The notes under the pieces were generated by a model. It saw only the letters and a program-made list of their open reading frames with translations, was not told the origin of the DNA and made no database searches. Made by a program: the position numbers and the translations under genes. Shown one piece after another: positions 39,568-50,709 of a DNA stretch of 64,000 nucleotides; position 1 is the stretch's first letter, and every line of letters starts with the position of its first letter. The stretch comes from an uncultured bacterium (GTDB taxonomy: Bacteria; Babelota; Babeliae; Babelales; Vermiphilaceae): positions 352,001-416,000 of the forward strand of contig OY970172.1 in assembly GCA_963707655.1 (NCBI GenBank). The letters are read 5' to 3'.

Positions 39568-40203
39568 TTAACAGGTTACTATGCGAACATCTTGCAATTT
39601 TTCTTGTGAAGAAATACGCTGCACAAGAACATCTAAATCTTCTTTTTTATTATAACGGCCGCTGACGACTTGATACCAGTAGCGTATTTTGCCTTGAGCA
39701 CTTCTGCTTTGCCGCTTCTGAACGTCAAGCTCCACCCCTCTCGCCAACCATCGCTTCACAAATTGCTCAGCAGTTTTTGCAGAACCGCACCCCAATAGTT
39801 GTGCATAATAACATGCGCCAGATGGTTCTCCCACATTTTCATCTTTTAGCACTTCAGCCACCTGTGGTTGTGCTGATGCAATGCTTGCTTCATTTTTTTC
39901 TACAAGCGCGATTTGCTCGTTTGTCTCAGCCGCCTCTACTACGGAACTATCGCCGCTATTTTCTGTGAGTTCATCACCAACATCATATAAAGTACAGAGC
40001 GATGAATAAATTTGATCCGCCAATGAGTCTTGCTCCATCTTTGTTGCAAATTTTTCAACACCCTTTTTCTGGCCCAAAAAATAACCGGCCATAAAAACAA
40101 AAAAACTGCTTAAAATTACCACAGAGACGATCCAACCAAGATGCCTATTAGTAAAGAAAACACCTTTTTCATCATCATGATTTCTCTTGTTATGCAAAGT
40201 CAT
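39568..40203 (-). CDS. SPOR-domain membrane protein
   Basis: Single TM (FMAGYFLG); C-terminal YYAQL…A…WYQVVSGRY. Confidence 0.75.
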   Translation of the reverse strand: MTLHNKRNHDDEKGVFFTNRHLGWIVSVVILSSFFVFMAGYFLGQKKGVEKFATKMEQDSLADQIYSSLCTLYDVGDELTENSGDSSVVEAAETNEQIALVEKNEASIASAQPQVAEVLKDENVGEPSGACYYAQLLGCGSAKTAEQFVKRWLARGVELDVQKRQSRSAQGKIRYWYQVVSGRYNKKEDLDVLVQRISSQEKLQDVRIVTC

Positions 40204-40225
40204 ACTATCCTCAAAAAATATCTTA

Positions 40226-41155
40226 TTATATCTGCGTGCACTCACGCACAAGTTGCTTAATATATAGTTCAAGATCGACGAAAGTCAAGTTAATTGTCTG
40301 AGTTGTTATGTTTGTTTTTTTGTTTTTGTCTTGATTGGCAGAAGATAATGAAGAGTTTAACATGCGCCAAAAACACAATTGTCGCTTTGCGTAGTGACGA
40401 CTTTTTGTTTTGATAGAAGCAAGAATATCTTCAAATTCTGCTGCGCCAGACAGGTAATCCAGCAAATCGTTATAGCCGATCAATTTTTTTTCATATAAAA
40501 ACCGCTCCCAATCGGTACCGCGCAATTTCTTTACTTCTTCCAACCATCCTTCATGCATCATTTTATCAACGCGGCTATTAATGCGTTCGTACAGCTCTTC
40601 TCGTTCGCGTGTTACACAAATAATTCGCACGCACGTCTCGAGTGGCATATATTCAGGTACCTGCTCAGATGGCTTTTTACCCGTCGTTTCCCAAATGTTT
40701 AATGCGCGTTCAACGCGATAGCGATCATGTATATGAATCTGCGCAGCTCTGTCGGGGTCAATCGCATGTAAATCACGCCACAACTGCTCATCTGTTTTAT
40801 CTGGCATCGCTCTATAAGGGGCTTGCGCGGTTCCGGGAACAAAAAAAAGTGATTTTAAATAGAATCCAGACCCGCCAACCAAAAGGGGAATTTTGCCTCT
40901 TCCTTTAATTTCAGCAATCAAACGCAGAACATCGGACCGATATTGAACAACGGTATAGTTAATGGGATCGTTCAAAATATCAAATAAATGATGGGGGGTA
41001 GCACTTGAGCGCCATTCAGGCTTTGCCGTTCCTATAGATAATGGGGTATAAAATGAACCCATATCCATATTGATTATTTCTACCGGCAATTGCGCTGCCA
41101 GCGCTAAAGAAAAATCTGTTTTTCCCGTTCCGGTGGGGCCAAAGATAATTATCAC
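40226..41155 (-). CDS. miaA: tRNA dimethylallyltransferase
   Basis: GPTGTGKT, IGTAKP, HHL.D, VGGSGFY, RVERAL, IGY, YAKRQ. Confidence 0.95.
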   Translation of the reverse strand: MIIIFGPTGTGKTDFSLALAAQLPVEIINMDMGSFYTPLSIGTAKPEWRSSATPHHLFDILNDPINYTVVQYRSDVLRLIAEIKGRGKIPLLVGGSGFYLKSLFFVPGTAQAPYRAMPDKTDEQLWRDLHAIDPDRAAQIHIHDRYRVERALNIWETTGKKPSEQVPEYMPLETCVRIICVTREREELYERINSRVDKMMHEGWLEEVKKLRGTDWERFLYEKKLIGYNDLLDYLSGAAEFEDILASIKTKSRHYAKRQLCFWRMLNSSLSSANQDKNKKTNITTQTINLTFVDLELYIKQLVRECTQI

Positions 41156-41270
41156 AAAAGTGTCTATTTTTAAAATTTTTATTATGAGAATTTAACCTAT
41201 ACCATTAAGATACACCATAACAAATAAAAGTGATATGGGTAAAATACACGCACCCATATCACTTTTATTC

Positions 41271-41810
41271 TTATCTTAATTGAGAAGAGGCAGTTGTTTT
41301 GCTACTGTCATAGCATATCGACTGAAACAATGATCGTAACTGCTCGATCATCTTTTCTTCTCCAATTTTTTTCACGAGAGATATTTCTTGCGCCAACAAA
41401 AGCTCTGTTTGTTGTAGCAGAGATTTTTCACCAAACGAAAGCTCTTTATACGCTGACATATGACGCAAATCACGATAAATTTTACAAATATCTCGCAAAT
41501 TCCCCGTTCGCAATTTACCTTGATACTCTTTATTGCGCTTATTCCAATTACTTGGTATTGATTCCGAGTTCATCATGTGTAAAGGCTCTGAGAGCATCAT
41601 AAAAATATCATTAATGCTATCGAGCGAACTCAGTCTCCGTACGCCTACCGCCTCAAGGTTTTCGACCGGAACCAAAATAGTCATATCTTTATTGATAAAT
41701 TTAAGCTCAAAAAAACGTGTGGGCGATCCGGAAATAATTTTTTCAAAGATGCGACTTATTTTTGCAACGCCATGACCGGGATAAACGACTTTTTCATCAA
41801 GAACAAACAC
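41271..41810 (-). CDS. carD: CarD/CdnL transcription regulator
   Basis: VVYPGHGVAKI, VGVR, NWNKR, LSFGEK. Confidence 0.92.
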   Translation of the reverse strand: MFVLDEKVVYPGHGVAKISRIFEKIISGSPTRFFELKFINKDMTILVPVENLEAVGVRRLSSLDSINDIFMMLSEPLHMMNSESIPSNWNKRNKEYQGKLRTGNLRDICKIYRDLRHMSAYKELSFGEKSLLQQTELLLAQEISLVKKIGEEKMIEQLRSLFQSICYDSSKTTASSQLR

Positions 41811-41953
41811 AAGTTTTCCCTTTTCATTTAAAGGGGAAAAACCTTATGATGAAGATTGCTCTTATCCATGCCTTCTTAGCTTAACATAAAAAAACAACCT
41901 CTTAAACAACATCACTAAGCTGGATCAGGAGATTGTTTTGGCAATTTTTGCGC

Positions 41954-42628
41954 TTATTGTGCTATCTCAGATATAATTCTGTAATTGTGATGCTTAACAA
42001 GTGAAAGCACAAGGCCTGTCACAATAACAGGAGGAATCCACCAATTGGTAGTCATCCATTCCTCCCATGTTTGTTCTTCCTCGAGCCCATACTCGTCCAT
42101 AAGCTCAACAAGAGCTAGATATAGCTGATCCATAGATGCTAAAATATCTCCGATAGGAAGGGCTGATATTTTGAAGTACAATCTAAAAATATCTTGTAAA
42201 GAAACAGAAAGCTCAACCGGCTTTTCCGGTTTTTTCTTTTCCGACTGCTCAGACAAAGCCGCGAGAGCCAAAACACAGCCGTGAGATACGGCGCAAACAA
42301 CAGAAGAAAATTCTTGTAAAAATAAATCTCTTTCAATGGTGTCATAACAGGAATTAAATATCTTCCATGTCTCGATAACCGGATCTATGCAGGTATCCTG
42401 CTCCATTTTTTTCATACATAATTTAACCAACTCATGTGAGCAGCAATTGGCAGGAGTATCAATCTCATGATGTATGTTCGTGCGCTTTATCTGCCTGTTG
42501 ATAATATCAATGAGTCGTATATGTTGTTCAATACGAGCCTTGATATCGTGAGAATCAAGATGAGATGCCGCCTGCATGTGGTGATGTGTTACACAGAAAA
42601 GAGAGAATAAAAGTAAAATATATTTCAT
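41954..42628 (-). CDS. Hypothetical secreted protein with C-terminal TM
   Basis: Signal peptide; C-terminal WWIPPVIVTGLVLSLV. Confidence 0.7.
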   Translation of the reverse strand: MKYILLLFSLFCVTHHHMQAASHLDSHDIKARIEQHIRLIDIINRQIKRTNIHHEIDTPANCCSHELVKLCMKKMEQDTCIDPVIETWKIFNSCYDTIERDLFLQEFSSVVCAVSHGCVLALAALSEQSEKKKPEKPVELSVSLQDIFRLYFKISALPIGDILASMDQLYLALVELMDEYGLEEEQTWEEWMTTNWWIPPVIVTGLVLSLVKHHNYRIISEIAQ

Positions 42629-42706
42629 GAAAAAACTCCCCTCTTTGGATGATACCTGTTATCCTATATTCCATAAGATAATCTATTTGGAGAATAAAAA
42701 ACAATA

Positions 42707-44047
42707 ATGATACCGCTCTATAATAATTTTCTTCGTGGCATAAGCATTAATCTTCTTGAATGGCTAATTTATCATGTGCTGTTTGTGTCGCATCAATTAC
42801 TTCTTTTCAAAATAATTAATATTTCATTATATGGAAAAATAGGCGCATTATTTGGTCTTTTATATACTACGATCGCGGTCTGTACTTTTGGCCTGGATAG
42901 CTCATTGGCCCCATTTTTTGCTCTTGCGCAACAAAGCAGGCAAACATGCAAAAAAGTAATCGGGTCACAAGTCATTGCACAAATAGGATTATTTATAATA
43001 GGTGGCACTATCGCCAACTTTTTGTTTTTTTCTCTCTTTAATGATACATCCCTGGGCATAATTTTTATCGGCGCAACTCTTGTTGAAGGGATGCGCAAAA
43101 TAATGAAAGTTATTCTGCACCTTACTTTTATGCACACAATGCGTATCAGTATAGAACTGGGCACCCTCATCAGCTATTTAGCACTGTTCTGGGGGCCATA
43201 CTTTTTATTGAACATTCCTCCTTCACTCTACTCATTATTCATTCCATTTTTTATTGCCTCTTTAATGAGCTGCGGCATACTGGCCCTATATCTTTACTAT
43301 TGGTATTTTTCATTGCCGCAAGCAAAAGTCGCTGTTCCGCCGTCTCTGGCATACCGTATCATCCGCATGAGATTGTATACCAGTCTTTATAGCATTGGGC
43401 ATCAATTATTTTCTAGCAATATACTCATCCCCTATATCGCGCTTCATAGTGGATTTGCACAAGCGGGTATATGGAACCTCATACAAACCATTACCAATAC
43501 CATTACCAATGTTATGCATAAAATAAGTGGCTTCACCAGTCAGGCCCTGCTCTCTCATGTTAAAGATCAAGAGCTGGCCGTAAAACAAAAAACGTTTTCA
43601 GTTATAACCAATACGCTCAATCAAATTGTATATGCCATCATAGTTTTCGTATTTATTAATTATCATAAATTATCTTTTATCCATAATAATGGATTTCCAG
43701 AAAAAGAATGGCTCATTGCGCCATTACTCTATATAGGTATTACCATTGTAGAACAATGGTCATTAGCCTATGAAAAATTTTATATGAATGAAGAACGCAC
43801 CGGCCATCTTATTATTTTTAATACGCTGATTATAATCAGCTGCCTTTTTCTCATGCGGGCACATTATTCATTGACCACTTTTTTGACCGCTTTGTTTATT
43901 TTAAGAATTTCTAGCTTCTTGCTGCTTGCTCTCGTTTCATACTACCTCTGGGGAATTAAGCCTGACTGGAGAATTAAGCCGCGCTATTTCATTATGGCTG
44001 TCATACTAGCAGTAGCTGTTTATCTCTACCTCCATTATTTGCACTAG
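42707..44047 (+). CDS. Multi-pass membrane protein, MOP/Wzx flippase-like
   Basis: About 12 TM; YG..…FGLDSSL pattern as in polysaccharide exporters. Confidence 0.65.
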   Translation: MIPLYNNFLRGISINLLEWLIYHVLFVSHQLLLFKIINISLYGKIGALFGLLYTTIAVCTFGLDSSLAPFFALAQQSRQTCKKVIGSQVIAQIGLFIIGGTIANFLFFSLFNDTSLGIIFIGATLVEGMRKIMKVILHLTFMHTMRISIELGTLISYLALFWGPYFLLNIPPSLYSLFIPFFIASLMSCGILALYLYYWYFSLPQAKVAVPPSLAYRIIRMRLYTSLYSIGHQLFSSNILIPYIALHSGFAQAGIWNLIQTITNTITNVMHKISGFTSQALLSHVKDQELAVKQKTFSVITNTLNQIVYAIIVFVFINYHKLSFIHNNGFPEKEWLIAPLLYIGITIVEQWSLAYEKFYMNEERTGHLIIFNTLIIISCLFLMRAHYSLTTFLTALFILRISSFLLLALVSYYLWGIKPDWRIKPRYFIMAVILAVAVYLYLHYLH

Positions 44048-44346
44048 ATCGCAACTCTGAACATAGCGAATAAAAACGATACCTGAGCAAACGATAACAA
44101 AGTCGGTCGATTAATGAGTCGATTATGGCAATTTATTTTAAATATATTAATTTTATTCGTCTCTTATATAAAAATGATAAATTTAAACAAAACTTTATTT
44201 AATTATTTTTTGTTTAATATTAAAATTTCACAACTGAATATTTGCTTAAGCAGAGAAAACATAGCCCTTTGCAAGATTAGGAATGAACGGCCAGGCAGCA
44301 CACGGAAAAAAGAGGGGCTTAAAAAAACTTGTTGTCCTGTCTCTGT

Positions 44347-45540
44347 TTATTTTTTCGTATAGTTGCCAATCGCATCAAGCAATCCCGGATCTTTAAAACC
44401 CATAACCGCTTGTTGCTTTATTACGTCAAGCAACGTATCTCCTTTTTTATTTTTTGCATTAATATTCGCGCCTTTAGCGATAAGAACCTTAAGAGCAACT
44501 TGTCTATCTGCAGCATGCTCTATGTTAGCAACCATAAGTAACGGCGTGTTGCCAAATACAGTTTCTGCAACATCAAGTGCGGGATTTTTATCGATAACAC
44601 ATTTTATAGAGTCAACGGGCACCGGGCTTAACATGGCATAATGCAAAGGAGTTCTTCCATTATTATCTTTTGCATTCACATCAGCTCCCTCAGCAATATA
44701 TTTTTTAGCCTCTGCAATATTGCCTCGATACAAAGCAAACATGAGGGCGGTTCTGCCCTGGTTATCTTTTTCTTTAAATCCCAAATTCCCTTGGCCAAGA
44801 CGCGGAAGCTCTTTTTGCAACGCCGCACCAACGCTATCAAGATCATCAGCAAAATGGAGCTCTTGCGCTTCTTGATAGGTGGTATTCCCTTTATTGTTTT
44901 TTATTTCAGGGTCTATAAAATCATTATACTTTGCCCTAAAATCTATAATCCACTGCTTATCATTCTGTTGAACTGCATTATGCATCAAAGTATTACCAAA
45001 AGAATCTCTCGTATTCACTTGAGCGCCATTTGCAATAAGAAAATCAGCGATTTCCATTTTTTCTTTTACATTATTGATTAAGAACAAAACAATGTGGAGC
45101 GGCGGCTCACCCCTTTGGTTTCTTACAAAGAGAGGAACCCCTCGCCGAACAAGCATTTTTATTATTGCAAAGCATCCTGGCGCTCTTGGTATATCATCAG
45201 CACCAAAAATGGCCAAATGGAGAGGAGTATAGCCATTAAAGTTTTTTTGCGCGGTTAAAGATGGATTGGCACCACGGGCAAGAAAAGCTTCTGCCTCTTT
45301 TTCATTACCATTGAGAGCAGCGAGCATAAGACCGGTATAACCGTTATCATCAAAAAGATCTATGTCTGAAGCGGGGGCCTGCGCTATCGCATCAAGCATA
45401 ATTTGGTTCGCTGAGTATGCACTATCAAGCCAAATCGGCAATGGCGTATTAAGTTGCGTAAAATAAAAAAAAGAAAGAAATGATGCCACATAGATGATAT
45501 TTTTTTTATTGCTTAATATATTTACCCATTTTGAAAACAT
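44347..45540 (-). CDS. Ankyrin-repeat protein with N-terminal signal/TM
   Basis: Multiple GxTPLH/GRTALM…GADVNAKD repeats. Confidence 0.92.
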   Translation of the reverse strand: MFSKWVNILSNKKNIIYVASFLSFFYFTQLNTPLPIWLDSAYSANQIMLDAIAQAPASDIDLFDDNGYTGLMLAALNGNEKEAEAFLARGANPSLTAQKNFNGYTPLHLAIFGADDIPRAPGCFAIIKMLVRRGVPLFVRNQRGEPPLHIVLFLINNVKEKMEIADFLIANGAQVNTRDSFGNTLMHNAVQQNDKQWIIDFRAKYNDFIDPEIKNNKGNTTYQEAQELHFADDLDSVGAALQKELPRLGQGNLGFKEKDNQGRTALMFALYRGNIAEAKKYIAEGADVNAKDNNGRTPLHYAMLSPVPVDSIKCVIDKNPALDVAETVFGNTPLLMVANIEHAADRQVALKVLIAKGANINAKNKKGDTLLDVIKQQAVMGFKDPGLLDAIGNYTKK

Positions 45541-45744
45541 GGTCCAGCCCTCACAATGTTTTATTCGCTTTACATTCATTATATTAATTTTATTTTATAT
45601 TAAGCAATAAACTATAAAAAGCTCATGCTTTTAATAATCAAATGCGGTAATCGTGACCCGCAAGAGACCAGGGCTTCATTGACTATTTGAATTGTTTCTT
45701 GCTATGGTGATGATAAGTATTGAAATAATAGATAAAAATGACAA

Positions 45745-45894
45745 ATGAAGGCATACAATAGGTTAAAAAAATTTACCCTAATCATTGCGCTTGGCACGAT
45801 GAACATCTTTGCGTACTGTGCCGAAGATACGTGTTCAAGCGATACAGGAAAAACCAATGAACCAAAGACCTCATCGTCAGACGCCGCGCAATGA
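45745..45894 (+). CDS. Small (49 aa) putative secreted peptide, absent from the ORF track
   Basis: MKAYNRLKKFTLIIALGTMNIFAYCA-EDTCSSDTGKTNEPKTSSSDAAQ*. Confidence 0.5.
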   Translation: MKAYNRLKKFTLIIALGTMNIFAYCAEDTCSSDTGKTNEPKTSSSDAAQ

Positions 45895-45985
45895 TCGAGA
45901 GATTGCTCATGCGCGACGAACAAATGGGCCATAGAGCACAAAGTAGGCTTTGCATAATTGCCTCTTTTGTGCTATCCTGCGTCCC

Positions 45986-47404
45986 ATGAATAGCACAATT
46001 TTATATCAAAAATTTTCTTCCGGCTTGGGATGGAACGGGTTTGTGTTCGCGGTGTATAAATCACTGAGCACCATACTGTCTACCCTTTTTTTCTATAAAC
46101 TTACTACGCATGATTTTTCACTCTGGGCGACAACAAATAGCTCTATTTATCTCCTCATTCTCTGGCTCGATCTTGGGCTTTCAAAATCAGTTCCCCGCTA
46201 TACGCCGGTCTTTGCCCGCAGCGCCACAGAGCATAAACAGTTCATTATTTGGGTATGCGTGATCCAATTAATGCTTTTGCTGATAGGGATACCGTTTTTG
46301 GTCTACTACATATCAAAAACTTCTTCTTCATTGCTCTTGTTGATTATAGCCCTGGCCACGTTTATTGCGGAGGGAGCCGTTAAGATCTTTCGTCTTATGT
46401 ACCATGCGCAATTCCACAACAAACAGTTCAATCTCTATAGTACGGCTGCCATCCTGCTGGAAACGGCAATAGATGTAGTATTACTGGCCACCATCAAAGA
46501 CAGCGCCCAACTCCTTATCGGAATACTCCTGGCCAAGCTATGCTGCTCAGTGCTCTTGGCGCTCTACAGCCTGTATAATGTGCCGTCTTTATACAAAGAT
46601 AAGGAATACCCCGGTGATCAGCAGCTCAATATCATGAAGGCGATCAAAGATTGCGTGCTGCATTCATTGGCTATGGGCTCTACCACGATACTGACCAGCC
46701 TCTCCGAAAGAAACTTTCTCATTCCTCTTTTTACTGCGGCGCTGGGTAGAGAAGCAGGCAACATATTCAAGGTTGCCAATGACTGGGCATTATTGTTTTA
46801 TCGCACCGCCATCAAAACAATCGGTTATAATGATACCGCTTTATTATCCCACATAGAGACGATGCCTAACCGCAAGGCACTCTTCCCTGAGGCTTTTGCA
46901 ACCTTATCAAACAAGATTGCTACCTTATGCGTCCCGATATTGGCATTATTGGGCTTGCTACTCTTTTATAGCATACGCACCAATCACACCTCGGTTGCTT
47001 TTGAATTATTTTTTATTATAGCCATATCCTATATGACAGAGGCATTATTTTCTATGTATGAGCGGGTGCTCGAGGTGAAACGTAGATATATGTTCCTCGC
47101 TGTTTCTTATATTCCTTATATAGCAATACTCATCGGCATGTTCTTCGTATCTTCATTTGGCTTGGTAAGCTCAGTACTCTGGGTACAAGGGATACGATTG
47201 GTGCAAGTGCTCTTTTTTATCGGCTTTGTCCGATTCGGTTATGGCTTACGGTTTCCTGCACGCTTTGTAATCCGCCTGGCGCTGTATATGTTGCCCGTGT
47301 GTATTGCCCTCTATCTGATTGCTCCTTTTGCTTTACCGCCGATTTTACACGCTCAGCACCATATTAAAGCGGTGATTATGCGTCTATTGGGATACACAGA
47401 GTAG
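45986..47404 (+). CDS. Multi-pass membrane protein, MOP/Wzx flippase-like
   Basis: About 12-13 TM; DLGLSKSVPRY motif; N-terminus resembles the 42707 gene. Confidence 0.7.
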   Translation: MNSTILYQKFSSGLGWNGFVFAVYKSLSTILSTLFFYKLTTHDFSLWATTNSSIYLLILWLDLGLSKSVPRYTPVFARSATEHKQFIIWVCVIQLMLLLIGIPFLVYYISKTSSSLLLLIIALATFIAEGAVKIFRLMYHAQFHNKQFNLYSTAAILLETAIDVVLLATIKDSAQLLIGILLAKLCCSVLLALYSLYNVPSLYKDKEYPGDQQLNIMKAIKDCVLHSLAMGSTTILTSLSERNFLIPLFTAALGREAGNIFKVANDWALLFYRTAIKTIGYNDTALLSHIETMPNRKALFPEAFATLSNKIATLCVPILALLGLLLFYSIRTNHTSVAFELFFIIAISYMTEALFSMYERVLEVKRRYMFLAVSYIPYIAILIGMFFVSSFGLVSSVLWVQGIRLVQVLFFIGFVRFGYGLRFPARFVIRLALYMLPVCIALYLIAPFALPPILHAQHHIKAVIMRLLGYTE

Positions 47405-48508
47405 TAGTTATTCTATACCATTTGATCGTTAAAAATTCTCTTTACGAAGAGCACCACCGCCTGCCTTCCCCCTTTAAGGATTCTTTTTAAATACTGTTAA
47501 TCCCCCATTGTTTTTTTAATGCATTTTCTCCACAATTTCCTACAATAACTCTGTCTGGGCGATAGTTTATGGGTTATGCGTTATTTGGTTCGGCTATCAT
47601 TGCGTCTGTTTAGGTGCGTGCGATTGGTTCGTGTACGTTACTCGTATATGTGTATAGGGGTGATCTTGTTTATTAGTGGTTAAGGTCTTATATGTTACCC
47701 GTAGTAGTGTAGAGTCATTTTTAATAATAATTCTTATAATCTTTCTTAGTAATCTTGTTTCTTATTCAATTGTTTTCCTTATACGTGTTATGCACCTCTA
47801 CGCTCACCTGCTCATAGGTGCATAGATAGTGAAATAGGTAAAATGCCCCCTTTTGGATCAGTAATGTTTTCCTTATAATGATCTAGATATCTATTTGCCT
47901 AACATCGAGTACCTAGAGTACCTATAGTACGTATATCTAACTAACGTCCATATCTAATGTGCCTTATATGTGTATGTGTGCTTCTCTATATTCCTTATAT
48001 TCCTAATATTCCTATTCCTTTTCCTTATTTCTTTATTTCCTTTGTTTTCCTTACTCTTTCCCTATTATTCCCCCCTGCCCCCTTACAAACGTAGGCGCCC
48101 CATCCCGCAGCCCCTACTCTGTTACCCCTCAAAGTTATGGCGAGGGTGGTAGACGGAGTGCCCTGTCGCGCCTCCGCGCGCATGGGGGTCGGGCTCAAAA
48201 ATGAGCCGAAGAAAGCGATAAAAACAAAGAGAATACCAATGACCAAGGCTAAAAAATAGGCGGCCAAACAAAACAAAATAGCTCGAGAGAAACCAAGCAG
48301 GCCAAGCGTCAGCGCTTACCATTAAGCTCCCCCTTATTCAATTTAAAAACAGGTGTGCCACCCAGTACATCCCTACTCTGTTGCCCGGAAAAAAGCATGA
48401 GCTCGAGCCCCGCCGACCATTAAATTATACGACAGAAATATCTCTTCTGAAATTAAAACAATGAGGCGGCCAGCCACCTCAAAACTTTCAAATATACCCA
48501 TAAGAAAA

Positions 48509-48529
48509 GTTGAGTGTAACTCACTAAGA
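48509..48529 (+). promoter_or_regulatory. HAIR-like (HspR) operator upstream of dnaK
   Basis: GTTGAGT-N7-ACTAAGA versus consensus CTTGAGT-N7-ACTCAAG; an hspR gene is present at 58045. Confidence 0.5.
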
Positions 48530-48546
48530 TTATTTTAGTTAAGAGT

Positions 48547-48576
48547 TTGACAAAGTGGTGACATTTGCCTTATAAT
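48547..48576 (+). promoter_or_regulatory. Sigma70 promoter of dnaK
   Basis: TTGACA-18 nt-TATAAT. Confidence 0.75.
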
Positions 48577-48647
48577 CAAGATACATTTTTAAGTCGAAGT
48601 AATTGAGTTAAAATTAAAACATATCTATACATAAAAAGGGTCCGCTT

Positions 48648-50543
48648 ATGGCTAAAAAAATAATAGGTATCGACTTGGGTACCACCAACTCGGTGGTTGC
48701 TTTTATGGAAGGCGGAGTCGCCAAAGTGATTCCAAACAAAGAAGGTGCTAACACTACCCCATCCGTTGTGGCATTTACCAAAGATGACAAGCGCCTGGTG
48801 GGTGTTATTGCTAAAAGACAGGCGATAACCAATCCAGAGAACACTATCTTCTCTTCAAAGCGCTTTATTGGCATGGAATATGACCAAATGAAAGAAGAGA
48901 TGAAACATGTTCCCTATAAACTTGCGCGCAAACCCAATGGGGATATTGCTATTGTTGCTCAAGGTAAAGAATACAGCCCTCAAGAAATTGGTGCTGCCAT
49001 TCTTGCACAACTCAAGCAAACAGCTGAAGATTATTTAGGCGAAACAGTTACCGAAGCAGTTATTACCGTTCCTGCATATTTTAACGACTCCCAGCGCCAG
49101 GCAACCAAAGACGCCGGACGCATCGCTGGCCTTGATGTAAAGCGCATCATAAACGAGCCTACCGCTGCTGCCTTGGCATACGGCATGGACAAGAAGAAAA
49201 ATGGCACCTTGGCGGTATTTGACTTTGGTGGCGGTACCTTTGATATCTCTATCCTGGAAATCAATGATGGTGTTATCGAAGTAAAATCAACCAATGGCGA
49301 TACCCATTTGGGCGGTGATGACATCGACCAAAAATTAATCAAATACTTGGCTGATGAATTCCAAAAAGAACACGGCGTTGATTTACGCAAAGACAGCATG
49401 GCATTACAGCGCTTGAAAGAAGCTGCTGAAAAAGCAAAAATAGAACTCTCGAGCCTCTCAGAGACTGAAATCAATCTTCCCTATATCACTGCCGATGCAA
49501 CAGGGCCAAAACACTTAGTAATGAAAATATCACGTGCAAAGCTAGAATCATTGTGCGAAGATATTTTCAAACGCTTGTTGGAGCCATGCAAAAAAGCAAT
49601 GCAAGATGCGCAAATGAGCAAAGAAGCAATTAACGAAGTAATTTTGGTTGGTGGTTCAACCCGTATTCCAAAGGTACAAGCACTCGTTAAAGAATTCTTT
49701 GGTAAAGAACCGAGCAAGTCAGTAAATCCTGATGAAGTGGTTGCCCTTGGCGCTGCAATTCAAGGCGGCGTACTTGCCGGGGACATTACTGATGTATTGC
49801 TTCTTGACGTTACTCCCCTTTCTCTTGGTATTGAGACATTGGGCGGCGTAATGACCAAATTAATTGAACGTAATACAACAATTCCAACACGCAAATCACA
49901 AGTATTCTCAACCGCAGAAGACAATCAAACTGCCGTTGACATTCGTGTGTTCCAAGGTGAACGTGAATTTGCCAAAGACAATAAAATGCTGGGCCAATTC
50001 CGCCTCGAGGGAATTCCCGCAGCACGCCGCGGTATGCCACAAGTTGAAGTTACTTTTGACATTGATGCAAACGGCATTGTGCATGTTTCGGCAAAAGATA
50101 AGGCTACTAATAAAGAGCAAAAGATCACTATCACCAGCAGCAGCGGCTTAAGCAAAGAAGAAGTTGATCGCATGGTGCATGAAGCAAAAGCTCATGAAGC
50201 TGAAGATAAGAAAATGCGTGAAGCGGTTGAAAAACGCAACCATCTTGATGGCTTGGTGTTGAGTATCGAAAAAACTCTCAGCGAGAATAAAGATAAACTT
50301 GCTGAAGAAGATATTAAAACAACAGAAGCAGCTCTTGAAAAAGCAAAACAAGCGCTTAAAGATCATGCCGATAACGCAGATGAGTTGCAAAAAGCAACTG
50401 ACGAGCTTATTCAGGCATCACACAAAGTAGCTGAAATTTTGTATAAGCAAGGCGCAGCACAAGAAGGCGCAAGCACAGAGTCTTCTGAATCAGAAACAAA
50501 AAAAACTGATGAAGAACCGATCGATGCTGAAATTAATGACTAA
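48648..50543 (+). CDS. dnaK: Chaperone DnaK
   Basis: [43 protein letters not shown]. Confidence 0.99.
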   Translation: MAKKIIGIDLGTTNSVVAFMEGGVAKVIPNKEGANTTPSVVAFTKDDKRLVGVIAKRQAITNPENTIFSSKRFIGMEYDQMKEEMKHVPYKLARKPNGDIAIVAQGKEYSPQEIGAAILAQLKQTAEDYLGETVTEAVITVPAYFNDSQRQATKDAGRIAGLDVKRIINEPTAAALAYGMDKKKNGTLAVFDFGGGTFDISILEINDGVIEVKSTNGDTHLGGDDIDQKLIKYLADEFQKEHGVDLRKDSMALQRLKEAAEKAKIELSSLSETEINLPYITADATGPKHLVMKISRAKLESLCEDIFKRLLEPCKKAMQDAQMSKEAINEVILVGGSTRIPKVQALVKEFFGKEPSKSVNPDEVVALGAAIQGGVLAGDITDVLLLDVTPLSLGIETLGGVMTKLIERNTTIPTRKSQVFSTAEDNQTAVDIRVFQGEREFAKDNKMLGQFRLEGIPAARRGMPQVEVTFDIDANGIVHVSAKDKATNKEQKITITSSSGLSKEEVDRMVHEAKAHEAEDKKMREAVEKRNHLDGLVLSIEKTLSENKDKLAEEDIKTTEAALEKAKQALKDHADNADELQKATDELIQASHKVAEILYKQGAAQEGASTESSESETKKTDEEPIDAEIND

Positions 50544-50569
50544 GTAATAATACTTACAACTTAAAACAG

Positions 50570-50609
50570 GGAGAGAGATCGCGATTATGCATCTCTCTCC
50601 TTTTTCTTT
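50570..50609 (+). terminator. dnaK terminator
   Basis: GGAGAGAGAT…ATCTCTCTCC stem followed by TTTTT. Confidence 0.8.
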
Positions 50610-50638
50610 ATAGATGCACGCATCCGTCTTTTGCAGCT

Positions 50639-50684
50639 CTTGCAAAAAAATAAAAACTCATCGATACTGTGGGTGAGTTTTTTG
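50639..50684 (+). promoter_or_regulatory. Repeated promoter/operator (copies at 51126-51170, 51824-51855, 52348-52390, 53642-53687)
   Basis: CTTGCAAAA…AAAACTCA(C/T)CGATA(A/C)TGT.GGTGAGTTTTT precedes each family gene. The palindrome is near-perfect in copies 1-2 and degenerate in copies 3-5. Confidence 0.8.
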
Positions 50685-50709
50685 TAACACCTTTTAAAGA
50701 AAGATGCCT

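Noticed and set aside
47970..48322. Short hydrophobic ORFs in the long intergenic region
   Set aside because: Explained by low-complexity pyrimidine/purine tracts; no RBS.
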